This document shows, in pieces, positions 1 to 9,847 of a stretch of 40,520 nucleotides of DNA. The DNA comes from Actinomycetota bacterium (GTDB lineage Bacteria; Actinomycetota; Actinomycetes; S36-B12; UBA5976). The stretch is from contig JBEGON010000135.1 of NCBI GenBank assembly GCA_041181965.1, positions 1-40,520 of the forward strand, in the 5' to 3' direction. The number at the start of each line of letters is the position of its first letter. Within the stretch, counting starts at the first letter, position 1. Under the pieces are notes generated by a model. It ran no database searches and was not told the origin of the DNA. It was given only the letters and a program-made list of their open reading frames with translations. Made by a program: the position numbers and the translations under genes.

Positions 1-1041
1 GGAACTGGCGAACAGTGGATGCAAGGCGATGGTCCCGGACATCTAGCTGCATCTGCCCTTGAAACTCGACTTTCCTCTCCCTGGGATGTGGTGTGGTTTC
101 CAGCCATAAATAAGGCTGTAATTGCGATGGCTGGCATCCACCAACTGTGGGCTTTTGATCCCGTGGAAAAAACCGTTGAAGTTCTCGCTGGAACAACGAA
201 CGAAGGCATGGTTGATGGCGACGCGAATGCTGCATGGTTCGCGCAAACTTCTGGTTTGGCGGTCAGTAGTGACGGAAACACTTTGTGGCTTGCCGACAGC
301 GAAACCTCTTCATTGCGTCGTCTCACCAACGGTGTTGTGCACACCGAAATCGGTAAAGGCTTATTTGATTTTGGTCACATCGATGGAGATGCAGCCAATG
401 CGTTGTTGCAGCATCCCCTTGGGATTGCGGTGCTTCCAGATGATTCAATCGTGATTGCAGACACATATAACAAGGCTGTGCGACATTTCGATCCTGTGAC
501 AAAGCAGGTCACCACCGTTTTGCGCGATCTTGCAGAACCAAGTGGTTTCACAACAGTTGAAGTTGACGGTCGTCAACAATTAGTTGTCGTTGAATCGGCT
601 GCGCACCAACTTACTCGCATTCAGATTGCAGATAAACACCAAGTTCGCGGAGATGCATTCCGGACTCAACGTCCTGCAACGCTTGTAAAACCTGGAAAAG
701 CATCTGTGCGAGTTGTGTTTACACCACCGACGGGTCAAAAGCTTGATGATCGCTATGGACCCTCAACGCATCTGGTCGTGAGTTCAACTCCGCCAGAATT
801 ACTTATTCACGGTACAGGGAGCGGACCTGAACTTTCACGCAACATTGAAATTGCAGATCTACGCGAACAAGGTATTTCACAGGGAGTTTTACACGTTTCA
901 GTCCGTGCAGCTTCCTGTGACATCGCAGAAGAAAATGAATTTCCTGCATGTCACGTTCATCAACAAGACTGGGGTGTGCCAGTCACTTTGAGCGATGACG
1001 GATTATCCGACGTCGCTCTAATGCTTGCCGGACTCGCGTAG
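1..1041 (+). CDS. NHL-repeat beta-propeller protein, C-terminal part (5' end lies outside the window)
   Basis: Frame 1 is open from base 1, and the listed ORF 19..1041 only begins at the first in-frame ATG. Repeated NHL-like units are present (LWLADSETSSLRRL, IVIADTYNKAVRHF, LVVVESAAHQLTRI), as in actinobacterial thioredoxin-NHL proteins. Stop TAG at 1039-1041. Confidence 0.7.
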   Translation, partial: GTGEQWMQGDGPGHLAASALETRLSSPWDVVWFPAINKAVIAMAGIHQLWAFDPVEKTVEVLAGTTNEGMVDGDANAAWFAQTSGLAVSSDGNTLWLADSETSSLRRLTNGVVHTEIGKGLFDFGHIDGDAANALLQHPLGIAVLPDDSIVIADTYNKAVRHFDPVTKQVTTVLRDLAEPSGFTTVEVDGRQQLVVVESAAHQLTRIQIADKHQVRGDAFRTQRPATLVKPGKASVRVVFTPPTGQKLDDRYGPSTHLVVSSTPPELLIHGTGSGPELSRNIEIADLREQGISQGVLHVSVRAASCDIAEENEFPACHVHQQDWGVPVTLSDDGLSDVALMLAGLA

Positions 1042-1043
1042 AA

Positions 1044-1247
1044 CTACTTGTCAGCCTTCATTTTGAGGGCTTGTTGAGTTCGGTAGCTACCGGTTGCAAG
1101 AAAATACATTCCGACCAAAGTTCCGACAACGATTGCGACCAGTGGTGATGTTGCGGTGCGAGATCCGAGCACTCCACCCAGGATCAAAAAGCCACCAACG
1201 CATTGCATAACGCCAGATTGAATTGCGCGTTTTCGAGAAACTGTCAT
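1044..1247 (-). CDS. small membrane protein with two predicted TM helices, function unknown
   Basis: 67-aa ORF with two hydrophobic stretches (VGGFLILGGVLG and LVAIVVGTLVGMYFLA). It lies 20 nt downstream of 1268..2044 on the same strand. No family recognised. Confidence 0.45.
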   Translation of the reverse strand: MTVSRKRAIQSGVMQCVGGFLILGGVLGSRTATSPLVAIVVGTLVGMYFLATGSYRTQQALKMKADK

Positions 1248-1267
1248 AGAACTAACTTATCTCACCG

Positions 1268-2044
1268 TCATTGTTCATAACCTCCAAAACGACTGGCCAT
1301 TTTCATGTTGAGTCGCGTTTTGAAGTCGCTTTCGAGAGTGGACTTGATTTTGTCCCCAACAGTTTTGGAACCATCGGCACACACATCGCAACCCAACATC
1401 GAAATCATCAAATACCGATGTTCTTGCCATGTCACCAGTGCGTTGATTGCAGAAGAAGTCCACGGTCCACCGTGTGGAATGCATTCTGAATCGCGTTTGA
1501 TTCTCTTTACAGGACACAAACGATCGTGCACTTCGATGAGTTGCCACTGTGAACTGTGACGTTTGATAGATCCGCGATGTGCTGGCAAGACAAGAAGATT
1601 GTGGGCATCCCACTTGACGATAGCTTTTTGACCATAACGCCATGCCCAGTCTTGGGCGATGCGATCCGAGGGGAATTTCACGAGAAAACTCGGTTCATAC
1701 CAACCAAGATTTCGTTGAACTGTCACTGCCTGTCGATACGAGTAGTGGGCTTCTTCAAGAGCAGTCATCAACGTGACGTTGTATGACTCAAGTTCTTCGA
1801 TTTCTTGATTAAGTCCGTGCGCATTCCAAGCAGAAATAAAGTAGTGCGCCTCGGATGGTGAACACACTTTCGCGGGATCTTGTGAATTCTCAGCTGGACG
1901 TAGTTCGTATAACTTTCCATCAATTTCGAATCGATACCACTGATGTACATATGAATCCAGAATTGTTTCGCGTGCTTTTCGCGGTTTTCCGTTGCGCCAA
2001 TCTGGCCACACAACATCAGAACTGGTTTGAACAATGTCAGACAT
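1268..2044 (-). CDS. DUF3293-like N-terminal domain fused to a Cys-containing C-terminal domain of unknown function
   Basis: The N-terminal half carries the pattern I associate with DUF3293 (HYFISAWNAHG ... GWYEPSFLV ... YGQKAIVKWD). The C-terminal ~100 aa has C-x11-C (CPVKRIKRDSEC) and CDVC. I prefer the ATG at 2044 (GAAAGGG about 7 nt upstream) over the ATG at 2083, but either start is possible. Confidence 0.6.
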   Translation of the reverse strand: MSDIVQTSSDVVWPDWRNGKPRKARETILDSYVHQWYRFEIDGKLYELRPAENSQDPAKVCSPSEAHYFISAWNAHGLNQEIEELESYNVTLMTALEEAHYSYRQAVTVQRNLGWYEPSFLVKFPSDRIAQDWAWRYGQKAIVKWDAHNLLVLPAHRGSIKRHSSQWQLIEVHDRLCPVKRIKRDSECIPHGGPWTSSAINALVTWQEHRYLMISMLGCDVCADGSKTVGDKIKSTLESDFKTRLNMKMASRFGGYEQ

Positions 2045-2217
2045 ACATGCCCTTTCGCCAAAGGGCTTGCGCCCTTTTCTCATTGACCATCAATGAGCGA
2101 ATCAACCTCTAAGAGCACCGTGAGGTTCGGTTGCTAGGCGACGAGTTAGAGGACTTAATGTCGCACTTCGGGATTCACGTCACACGATACGTGCAGGCAC
2201 TGACACTTCATTTCAAC

Positions 2218-2223
2218 TACGCT
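2218..2223 (+). promoter_or_regulatory. -10 element TACGCT, 6 nt before ATG 2230 (predicted leaderless promoter)
   Basis: TANNNT hexamer starts exactly 12 nt upstream of the start codon and there is no Shine-Dalgarno. The same geometry occurs at six other genes in this window. Confidence 0.45.
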
Positions 2224-2229
2224 CGCCAT

Positions 2230-2880
2230 ATGCGCGTAGATGTGTGGTCAGACGTTGTATGCCCTTGGTGCTACATCGGTTTTGTTCGGCTGGATCAAGC
2301 TTTGAAGCAGTGGACCGGCGAGGTCGAGGTGTATCACCATGCTTTCCAACTCGACCAAACTGCGGGCGACACACCAGTTCTTGCCGCAGAACATTTGGCA
2401 GAGAAATATGGCGTTGCGGTGGAAGATGCCTTGGGCATGATGGAGCAAGTGACAGAGGTCGCGGCTAAAGAAGGCTTGAACTACCAGCTTGGCCAAACGA
2501 TGCATGGCAATACACGTAATGCCCATCGCTTGTTGTCGTTCGCCGCTACCAAAGGTGTGCAACATGAATTGCTGATTCGCTTGTTCAATGCCTATTTCGA
2601 ACACGCACACAATGTTTTTACTGCCGATGATCTGCTGCCTTTTGCAGTAGCCGCCGGTCTGGATGCCGACGAAGTCACCGCTGTTTTGGCTTCGGATGAA
2701 TACGACGACGTGGTGACCTATGACCGTGAGCTATCAGAACAAATTGGTGTGCGCGGTGTTCCGTTTTTCGTTTTCAATCAACGCGTGGCTGTAGCCGGGG
2801 CAGAGAGCGTCGAGCTCATGCTGCAGGCGATGCAGCGTGCCAAAGAGTTGGAATCAGCTGATGTCAGTGGTGCTCAATAG
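2230..2880 (+). CDS. DsbA/FrnE-family thiol-disulfide oxidoreductase
   Basis: MRVDVWSDVVCPWCYIG has the CPWC active site at the expected N-terminal position. The ORF-track start at 2131 (TTG) adds 33 non-conserved residues. ATG 2230 fits the -10 spacing. Confidence 0.8.
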   Translation: MRVDVWSDVVCPWCYIGFVRLDQALKQWTGEVEVYHHAFQLDQTAGDTPVLAAEHLAEKYGVAVEDALGMMEQVTEVAAKEGLNYQLGQTMHGNTRNAHRLLSFAATKGVQHELLIRLFNAYFEHAHNVFTADDLLPFAVAAGLDADEVTAVLASDEYDDVVTYDRELSEQIGVRGVPFFVFNQRVAVAGAESVELMLQAMQRAKELESADVSGAQ

Positions 2881-2909
2881 TTTTGTAGCACCAACAACAA
2901 GGGGGAAAT

Positions 2910-3314
2910 GTGACCGACCAACCAGAAGAAACCAACAAGAACCAAACACCACCGCCACCCGTGGGACCGAAGGGTGAATTCAATTACCGCGATACACCGG
3001 TTGTGATTGGTGACGCTTTTAAAGAGCTGGGTCGAAATCTCTCAGGTTCCAATCGCAATGGTGCTTCTAGTGTGAATTGGGGTTCCATCCTTTCCGCGAT
3101 TCTGGCTTTCATGTTGGCTAATACTTCGAATGGATTCAGCATTATTGCGTTCTTCATTTGGCTAACAATTTTCTGGGTCATTAGGGCGCCATTCCGTGCC
3201 GCTTCGTGGGTTTCACGCCGAGCTAATTCGCGTCCTTGCCCCGTGTGCGGAATTCGGATTCGAAATGGCGAAACAGTGTGTGGCTCCTGCGGAACTGACT
3301 TCAAGCAACGCTAA
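2910..3314 (+). CDS. membrane protein with a Pro-rich N-terminus, two TM helices and a C-terminal zinc ribbon
   Basis: GTG start preceded by AAGGGGGAAA. TM segments are ILSAILAFMLA and IIAFFIWLTIFWVI. The C-terminus CPVCGIRIRNGETVCGSCG is a CxxC-x10-CxxC motif. Confidence 0.6.
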   Translation: MTDQPEETNKNQTPPPPVGPKGEFNYRDTPVVIGDAFKELGRNLSGSNRNGASSVNWGSILSAILAFMLANTSNGFSIIAFFIWLTIFWVIRAPFRAASWVSRRANSRPCPVCGIRIRNGETVCGSCGTDFKQR

Positions 3315-3317
3315 CCT
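3312..3317 (+). promoter_or_regulatory. -10 element TAACCT, 6 nt before GTG 3324 (predicted leaderless dcd promoter)
   Basis: TANNNT starts 12 nt upstream of the dcd start and overlaps the TAA stop of the upstream gene. No SD is present. Confidence 0.4.
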
Positions 3318-3323
3318 TCGCCC

Positions 3324-3902
3324 GTGCTTCTATCTGATCGCGATATCAAGGCAGAAATTGCCGCCAACCGAATCCGCCTCGAGCCATATGACGAGGTGAT
3401 GGTGCAGCCCGCAAGCGTGGACATTCGTCTCGACCGCTTCTTCCGCACCTTCGAAAACCATCGCTATCAGTTCATCGATCCACGCCAAGAGCAGCTTGAT
3501 CTCACTCGCGCAGTAGAGATTCCAGCAACCGAACCATTTGTTTTGCACCCAGGTGAATTCGTCTTGGGCAGCACTTTCGAAGTGGTCACTTTGCCGGATG
3601 ATGTCGCAGCTCGCGTTGAAGGCAAGTCATCCTTGGGCCGACTTGGCTTGTTGACCCACGCAACCGCAGGCTTTGTTGACCCAGGTTTCTCGGGTCACGT
3701 CACCCTCGAACTTTCCAATGTGGCAAACCTGCCGGTCACCCTGTGGCCAGGTATGAAGATCGGCCAGCTGTGCTTCATCCGCATGTCATCGGCATCCGAG
3801 CACCCTTACGGCTCGAGCGTGTATGGAAGCCGCTACCAAAATCAGCGCGGACCGACGCCGAGCCGTTCCTTCCAGAACTTCCACATCACTGACGTTTCCT
3901 AA
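3324..3902 (+). CDS. dcd: dCTP deaminase (actinobacterial type, probably bifunctional dCTP deaminase/dUTPase)
   Basis: MLLSDRDI...[10 protein letters not shown]...[11 protein letters not shown]...[12 protein letters not shown] is the characteristic Dcd motif pattern, and the 192-aa length fits. Confidence 0.9.
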   Translation: MLLSDRDIKAEIAANRIRLEPYDEVMVQPASVDIRLDRFFRTFENHRYQFIDPRQEQLDLTRAVEIPATEPFVLHPGEFVLGSTFEVVTLPDDVAARVEGKSSLGRLGLLTHATAGFVDPGFSGHVTLELSNVANLPVTLWPGMKIGQLCFIRMSSASEHPYGSSVYGSRYQNQRGPTPSRSFQNFHITDVS

Positions 3903-4062
3903 CTGAACTATTTTGTGGGCTCGAATCCGAGCTTCTGAACTATTTTTTTGCTAGTGAACCCTTTTTATTGGGGCAATTCGGGCATTGCGAGCCCTGGTCC
4001 TGAAATTTTTTCCTCGTGTCCGGGAATAGATCCGACCCACCCGCCGTTGGAGTCCATATATA

Positions 4063-4079
4063 TGAGTCAAGACGACTCA
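4063..4079. promoter_or_regulatory. HspR operator (HAIR-like inverted repeat TGAGT-N7-ACTCA)
   Basis: The sequence aTGAGTcaagacgACTCAg matches the core of the HAIR consensus CTTGAGT-N7-ACTCAAG. It lies about 90 nt upstream of dnaK, and hspR closes the same operon. Confidence 0.6.
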
Positions 4080-4113
4080 GATTAGGTGAATCTCGAAATG
4101 ACAGATTCCCTGA

Positions 4114-5979
<1,866 letters not shown>

Positions 5980-5981
5980 TC

Positions 5982-6497
5982 ATGACTGAAGCTGAAGGCG
6001 TAAACGAAGCCACTGAGTTCGAGCAATCGCTCGACTCAGAGGCTTCGGCCGGCACTAGTGAGAGTGGCGTTGACAATCAGATTGGTGAACTCACCGCAGA
6101 TCTGCAACGCCTGAGTGCTGAGTATTCAAACTATCGCAAACGTGTTGAACGTGATCGCACGATGGCGCGCGATGCTGCTGTCGGCGAAGTTTTATCTGCA
6201 CTCTTACCAGTGATTGATGACTTCGGTCGTGCTCGAGAACATGGGGAACTCACTGGTGCATTCAAGAGTGTGAGCGATGCGATTGACGGAGTAGTGAATC
6301 GCTTTGGCCTAGAAACTTTTGGTGCCATTGGTGAAGATTTTGATCCGGCATTGCATGAAGCAATGACTCACAAGACGTCGGATGAAAGTGGAGACGTTGT
6401 CACTGTTGTGACAGCTGTTTACCGTTCAGGTTTCCGTCATGCTGGACGCGTACTGCGACCAGCGCAGGTTGCAGTCGAAGACATCATTCGCGGCTAA
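5982..6497 (+). CDS. grpE: nucleotide exchange factor GrpE
   Basis: YRKRVERD motif and position between dnaK and dnaJ. Confidence 0.9.
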   Translation: MTEAEGVNEATEFEQSLDSEASAGTSESGVDNQIGELTADLQRLSAEYSNYRKRVERDRTMARDAAVGEVLSALLPVIDDFGRAREHGELTGAFKSVSDAIDGVVNRFGLETFGAIGEDFDPALHEAMTHKTSDESGDVVTVVTAVYRSGFRHAGRVLRPAQVAVEDIIRG

Positions 6498-6535
6498 CCA
6501 GTATTTATCGACACTGCGGAGAGGAGGGGTGAAGA

Positions 6536-7684
6536 TTGAATCAAGATTGGTTTGAAAAAGATTTCTATAAAGTTCTTGGCGTCTCAAAAACTGCAAGCGC
6601 TGATGAAATCAAAAAGCAGTACCGAAAACTTGCCAAAGAACTTCACCCTGATACCAACCCAGACAACAAAGCTGCAGAAACAAAATTCAAGCAAGTTTCC
6701 GAGGCTTACGATGTCTTAGGTGACGATAAGTCACGCGCTGAATATGACAATGTTCGTGCTGCTGGTCCATCCGCTGGATTCCGTGGAGGTCCTGGTCCGA
6801 CAGGTGGTTTTAACCAAGGCGGCTTTGACGTCAACATGGAAGATTTGCTGGGCGGAATGTTCGGCGGCATGTTTGGCGGTGGCGCGCAAAATCGCCAAAC
6901 TCGCGGCGACGATGTTGAAGTGGCCGTCACAATTTCTTTTGCGGATGCATTACAAGGTGTGACTGCGCCGATTGTGATCAATGGCGAAGATACGTGTTCG
7001 GGATGTCATGGATCTGGTGCAGCTGCAGGCACGAATCCCATCACATGCACTACCTGTAGAGGTAGCGGTCAATCGGCTCGAAATGTAGGAAATTTTGCGG
7101 TCCCACAAACGTGTCGTGAATGTGGCGGCAGCGGTCGCATCATTGAAAAACCTTGCAAAGATTGCCGCGGTCACGGAATCGTTCGTCGTACTCGCACCGT
7201 GCAAGTGAAAATTCCGCAAGGCGTCAAAGACAGCGCATTGATTCGTATTTCACGCCGCGGTGCGCCAGGTCGACTTGGTGGTCCGCACGGCGATTTGCTC
7301 GTTCGAGTTCGCGTTACTCCGCACCCAATCTTCGGCCGCAAGGAAGAACATCTCACTGTCACAGTGCCAATCGGTATCGACGAAGCAACGCTTGGTTCTG
7401 AAGTTGCGGTTCCGGTTGTGACTGGTGGATCTGTCACGTTGAAGATTCCAGCTGGCACGATGAGTGGGAAAACTTTCCGTGTAAAAGGCCGCGGCGTCCC
7501 TACCGCAAAAGGAAAAGCTGGCGACCTTCTCGTGACTGTCGAGATTGCTGTTCCCCAAAAACTTTCCAAAGCAGCACGTGAAGCACTTGAGTCTTATCAA
7601 AAAGCGACAAGCGAAGACAACGTGCGTGCCGATCTTCTTGCTCGCGCGGCATCCGCCCCACGTATTAACGCGGATGGTGAGTGA
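6536..7684 (+). CDS. dnaJ: co-chaperone DnaJ (Hsp40)
   Basis: J domain (DFYKVLGV...HPD), a G/F-rich linker, and four CxxCxGxG zinc-finger repeats. TTG start after GAGGAGGGG. Confidence 0.95.
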   Translation: MNQDWFEKDFYKVLGVSKTASADEIKKQYRKLAKELHPDTNPDNKAAETKFKQVSEAYDVLGDDKSRAEYDNVRAAGPSAGFRGGPGPTGGFNQGGFDVNMEDLLGGMFGGMFGGGAQNRQTRGDDVEVAVTISFADALQGVTAPIVINGEDTCSGCHGSGAAAGTNPITCTTCRGSGQSARNVGNFAVPQTCRECGGSGRIIEKPCKDCRGHGIVRRTRTVQVKIPQGVKDSALIRISRRGAPGRLGGPHGDLLVRVRVTPHPIFGRKEEHLTVTVPIGIDEATLGSEVAVPVVTGGSVTLKIPAGTMSGKTFRVKGRGVPTAKGKAGDLLVTVEIAVPQKLSKAAREALESYQKATSEDNVRADLLARAASAPRINADGE

Positions 7685-8040
7685 TGGCCGGAATAGATCC
7701 ACGACTTCCTGATATTGATGTCGATGCAGCCGTTTATGGCATCACTGTTGCTGCGCAACTTGCAAATCTTCACCCACAAACTTTGCGTCAATATGACCGC
7801 CTTGGATTAGTGAGTCCGAGTAGAACTGAAGGTCGCACACGCTTGTATTCGTTGTTAGACATTGCACGATTGCGTGAAGTAACTCAATTAACTGCCGATG
7901 GCGTAAACCTCGCTGGCATCAAACGCATTATGGATCTTGAAGTAGACAACATTCGACTACGTAAGAAACTTGATGAGCTCACTCGTCAGTCTTCATCTAC
8001 AGCGGTCGTTGTCTGGCGCCCTCATCGCAGGACGCGTTGA
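7681..8040 (+). CDS. hspR: MerR-family heat-shock repressor HspR
   Basis: The MerR HTH ([28 protein letters not shown]) is the fourth gene of the dnaK operon. The start overlaps the dnaJ stop (GTGATG). Confidence 0.9.
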   Translation: MMAGIDPRLPDIDVDAAVYGITVAAQLANLHPQTLRQYDRLGLVSPSRTEGRTRLYSLLDIARLREVTQLTADGVNLAGIKRIMDLEVDNIRLRKKLDELTRQSSSTAVVVWRPHRRTR

Positions 8041-8810
8041 TGACCGCGCTCATCACCGGTGCCAGTGCTGGAATTGGCCGTGAATTTTGCACTGTGCTTG
8101 CAGCAGAAGGTCATGACTTAGTTCTTGTCGCTCGCGATAGTGAGCGACTTCATGCGACAAAAGCCGAAATTGAAGCTCAATTTGCCGGAATCACTTGTGA
8201 AGTACTCCCTGCCGATCTTTCAGTGCAACAGGAACTTGACCGAGTTGTTGAGCGCTTAGCTTCACAAGAAAAACCCGTGAATGTGCTCATCAATAATGCT
8301 GGTTTCGGTTTAAATCAAAACTTTGTTTCTGGCGACATTGCGCGTGAGAAATATCTTCTCGATGTTTTAGTCACTTCGGTCATGCACCTAACTCACGCTG
8401 CAGCAAACACGATGAAACTTAATGGCGGTGGTGACATCGTGGTGATTTCTTCAGTTGCATCTTTTATTGCCGGCGGTACCTACAGCGCTGCAAAATCTTG
8501 GAACACACTTTTTGCCGAATCTATTTCTGAAGAACTTCGCGGCACGAATATTCGCATTTCTGCATTGTGCCCTGGATTTACGCATACAGAATTTCATCAG
8601 CGCGCAGGTATCAACAAGAAAACCGTGCCAACATGGATGTGGTTATCTGTTGATTCCGTCGTGCGAGAAGGTTGGCGCGATCACAAACGTGGAAAAGCGG
8701 TGAGCGTTCCAAGTATGCGCTACAAATTCTTGGTTGCACTCATTCGGCTACTCCCGCGTGCAACTGTTCGGAGAATTAATCACCAAGTGCGTAATCGCCC
8801 AAAGCATTAA
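8037..8810 (+). CDS. SDR-family NAD(P)-dependent oxidoreductase
   Basis: TGASAGIG cofactor motif, NNAG, and catalytic YSAAK. The start overlaps the hspR stop (ATGA). Confidence 0.85.
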   Translation: MMTALITGASAGIGREFCTVLAAEGHDLVLVARDSERLHATKAEIEAQFAGITCEVLPADLSVQQELDRVVERLASQEKPVNVLINNAGFGLNQNFVSGDIAREKYLLDVLVTSVMHLTHAAANTMKLNGGGDIVVISSVASFIAGGTYSAAKSWNTLFAESISEELRGTNIRISALCPGFTHTEFHQRAGINKKTVPTWMWLSVDSVVREGWRDHKRGKAVSVPSMRYKFLVALIRLLPRATVRRINHQVRNRPKH

Positions 8811-9277
8811 ATAGTGTTGCTACGGATTGATTCCGCAACTATCTGATGAATTTCATCGTGTGGTGCGTGGACGCTTTCCCAACCTCGAAGTCGAGCAATG
8901 TTGATGTGTTCTGATTTTTCATCGCTTGTTACAAAACACACCGGTGCGTCTGGCCAATCTGCGAACTGACCCTGGGGAATCGAGTTGATGCACACGTATG
9001 ACAACACGCGTCGCCGCGCTGCAAGCTGCGCGAATGCAATAGCCGGTAATCGCGATGCTGCATCGCCAATGGCAACCAGATGCACAGATTGAAATGCTTT
9101 GTCTGTTCGCGAGATTCCTAGCGAGACTGCCGCTACCCATTCATGCTCAGGTAAGTGTGGATCGATTGAACCGATGATGTGTACTTCTTGCGGGCGCAAC
9201 ATAAAAGACAAGTTGGCTGCAAAGTCAGCGACAGCTTCGCCATCAAGGCTTGGCAGAACGATTACGCGACTTGTCAT
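8807..9277 (-). CDS. small alpha/beta-fold-like protein without a canonical nucleophile, function unknown
   Basis: 156-aa ORF. The elbow-like segment VHLVAIGDAAS sits where GxSxG would be. Convergent with the SDR gene, and the two stop codons overlap (TTAA at 8807-8810). Confidence 0.45.
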   Translation of the reverse strand: MTSRVIVLPSLDGEAVADFAANLSFMLRPQEVHIIGSIDPHLPEHEWVAAVSLGISRTDKAFQSVHLVAIGDAASRLPAIAFAQLAARRRVLSYVCINSIPQGQFADWPDAPVCFVTSDEKSEHINIARLRGWESVHAPHDEIHQIVAESIRSNTI

Positions 9278-9298
9278 GGGCGAATCTTGTCACCCAAC

Positions 9299-9304
9299 TA
9301 GGCT
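9299..9304 (+). promoter_or_regulatory. -10 element TAGGCT, 6 nt before ATG 9311 (predicted leaderless pyrE promoter)
   Basis: TANNNT starts 12 nt upstream of the start codon. No SD in the 33-nt divergent spacer. Confidence 0.45.
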
Positions 9305-9310
9305 TGCCTT

Positions 9311-9847
9311 ATGACTGATTCACGCTCACTTCTTCGCGAAGAAATTCTCAATAAAGCCGTCGTTCATGGCAAAGTGATTTTGTCCAGCGGAAAAGAAGCG
9401 GACTATTACGTGGATTTGCGTCGCGTCACTCTCGATGCAGTTGCGGCACCTCTTGTCGGTGATGTCATGCTCGATCTCACCAGTAATTTTGAATTTGATG
9501 CAGTCGGAGGACTTACTCTCGGTGCCGATCCAGTAGCGACCGCAATGTTGCACGCAGCGGCAAAGCGAGGTCGAAAACTCGATGCATTTGTAGTGCGCAA
9601 AGCTGAAAAAGCTCATGGATTGCAGCGACGCATCGAAGGTCCAGATGTTGCTGGTCGCAAAGTATTGGCAGTTGAAGACACCTCAACCACTGGCGGTTCA
9701 GTACTCACAGCTGTTGAAGCATTGCGTGAAGCTGGTGCTGAAGTTGTCGCCGTCGCTGTGATTGTTGATCGCGGTGCTGGCGCAAAGATTGAAGAAGCGG
9801 GTATTCCATATCTTGCAGCGTATTCACTGCAAGATCTCGGACTTTAG
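9311..9847 (+). CDS. pyrE: orotate phosphoribosyltransferase
   Basis: PRPP-binding motif KVLAVEDTSTTGGS and a length of 178 aa. Confidence 0.9.
   Translation: MTDSRSLLREEILNKAVVHGKVILSSGKEADYYVDLRRVTLDAVAAPLVGDVMLDLTSNFEFDAVGGLTLGADPVATAMLHAAAKRGRKLDAFVVRKAEKAHGLQRRIEGPDVAGRKVLAVEDTSTTGGSVLTAVEALREAGAEVVAVAVIVDRGAGAKIEEAGIPYLAAYSLQDLGL

Noticed and set aside
2131-2229. Longer ORF-track starts (2131 for dsbA-like, 4153 for dnaK, 13050 for fbaA, 16313 for PhoX-like, 23522 for purA)
   Set aside because: In each case the extra residues are not part of the conserved N-terminus. A downstream start has a proper SD or the -10 geometry, and for the PhoX-like protein it begins the signal peptide.
3918-3933. 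TCGAATCC-containing hairpin that looks like a tRNA T-arm
   Set aside because: The flanking bases cannot form a T-stem with a 7-nt loop, and no acceptor, D or anticodon arms can be drawn. I found no tRNA in any intergenic spacer.
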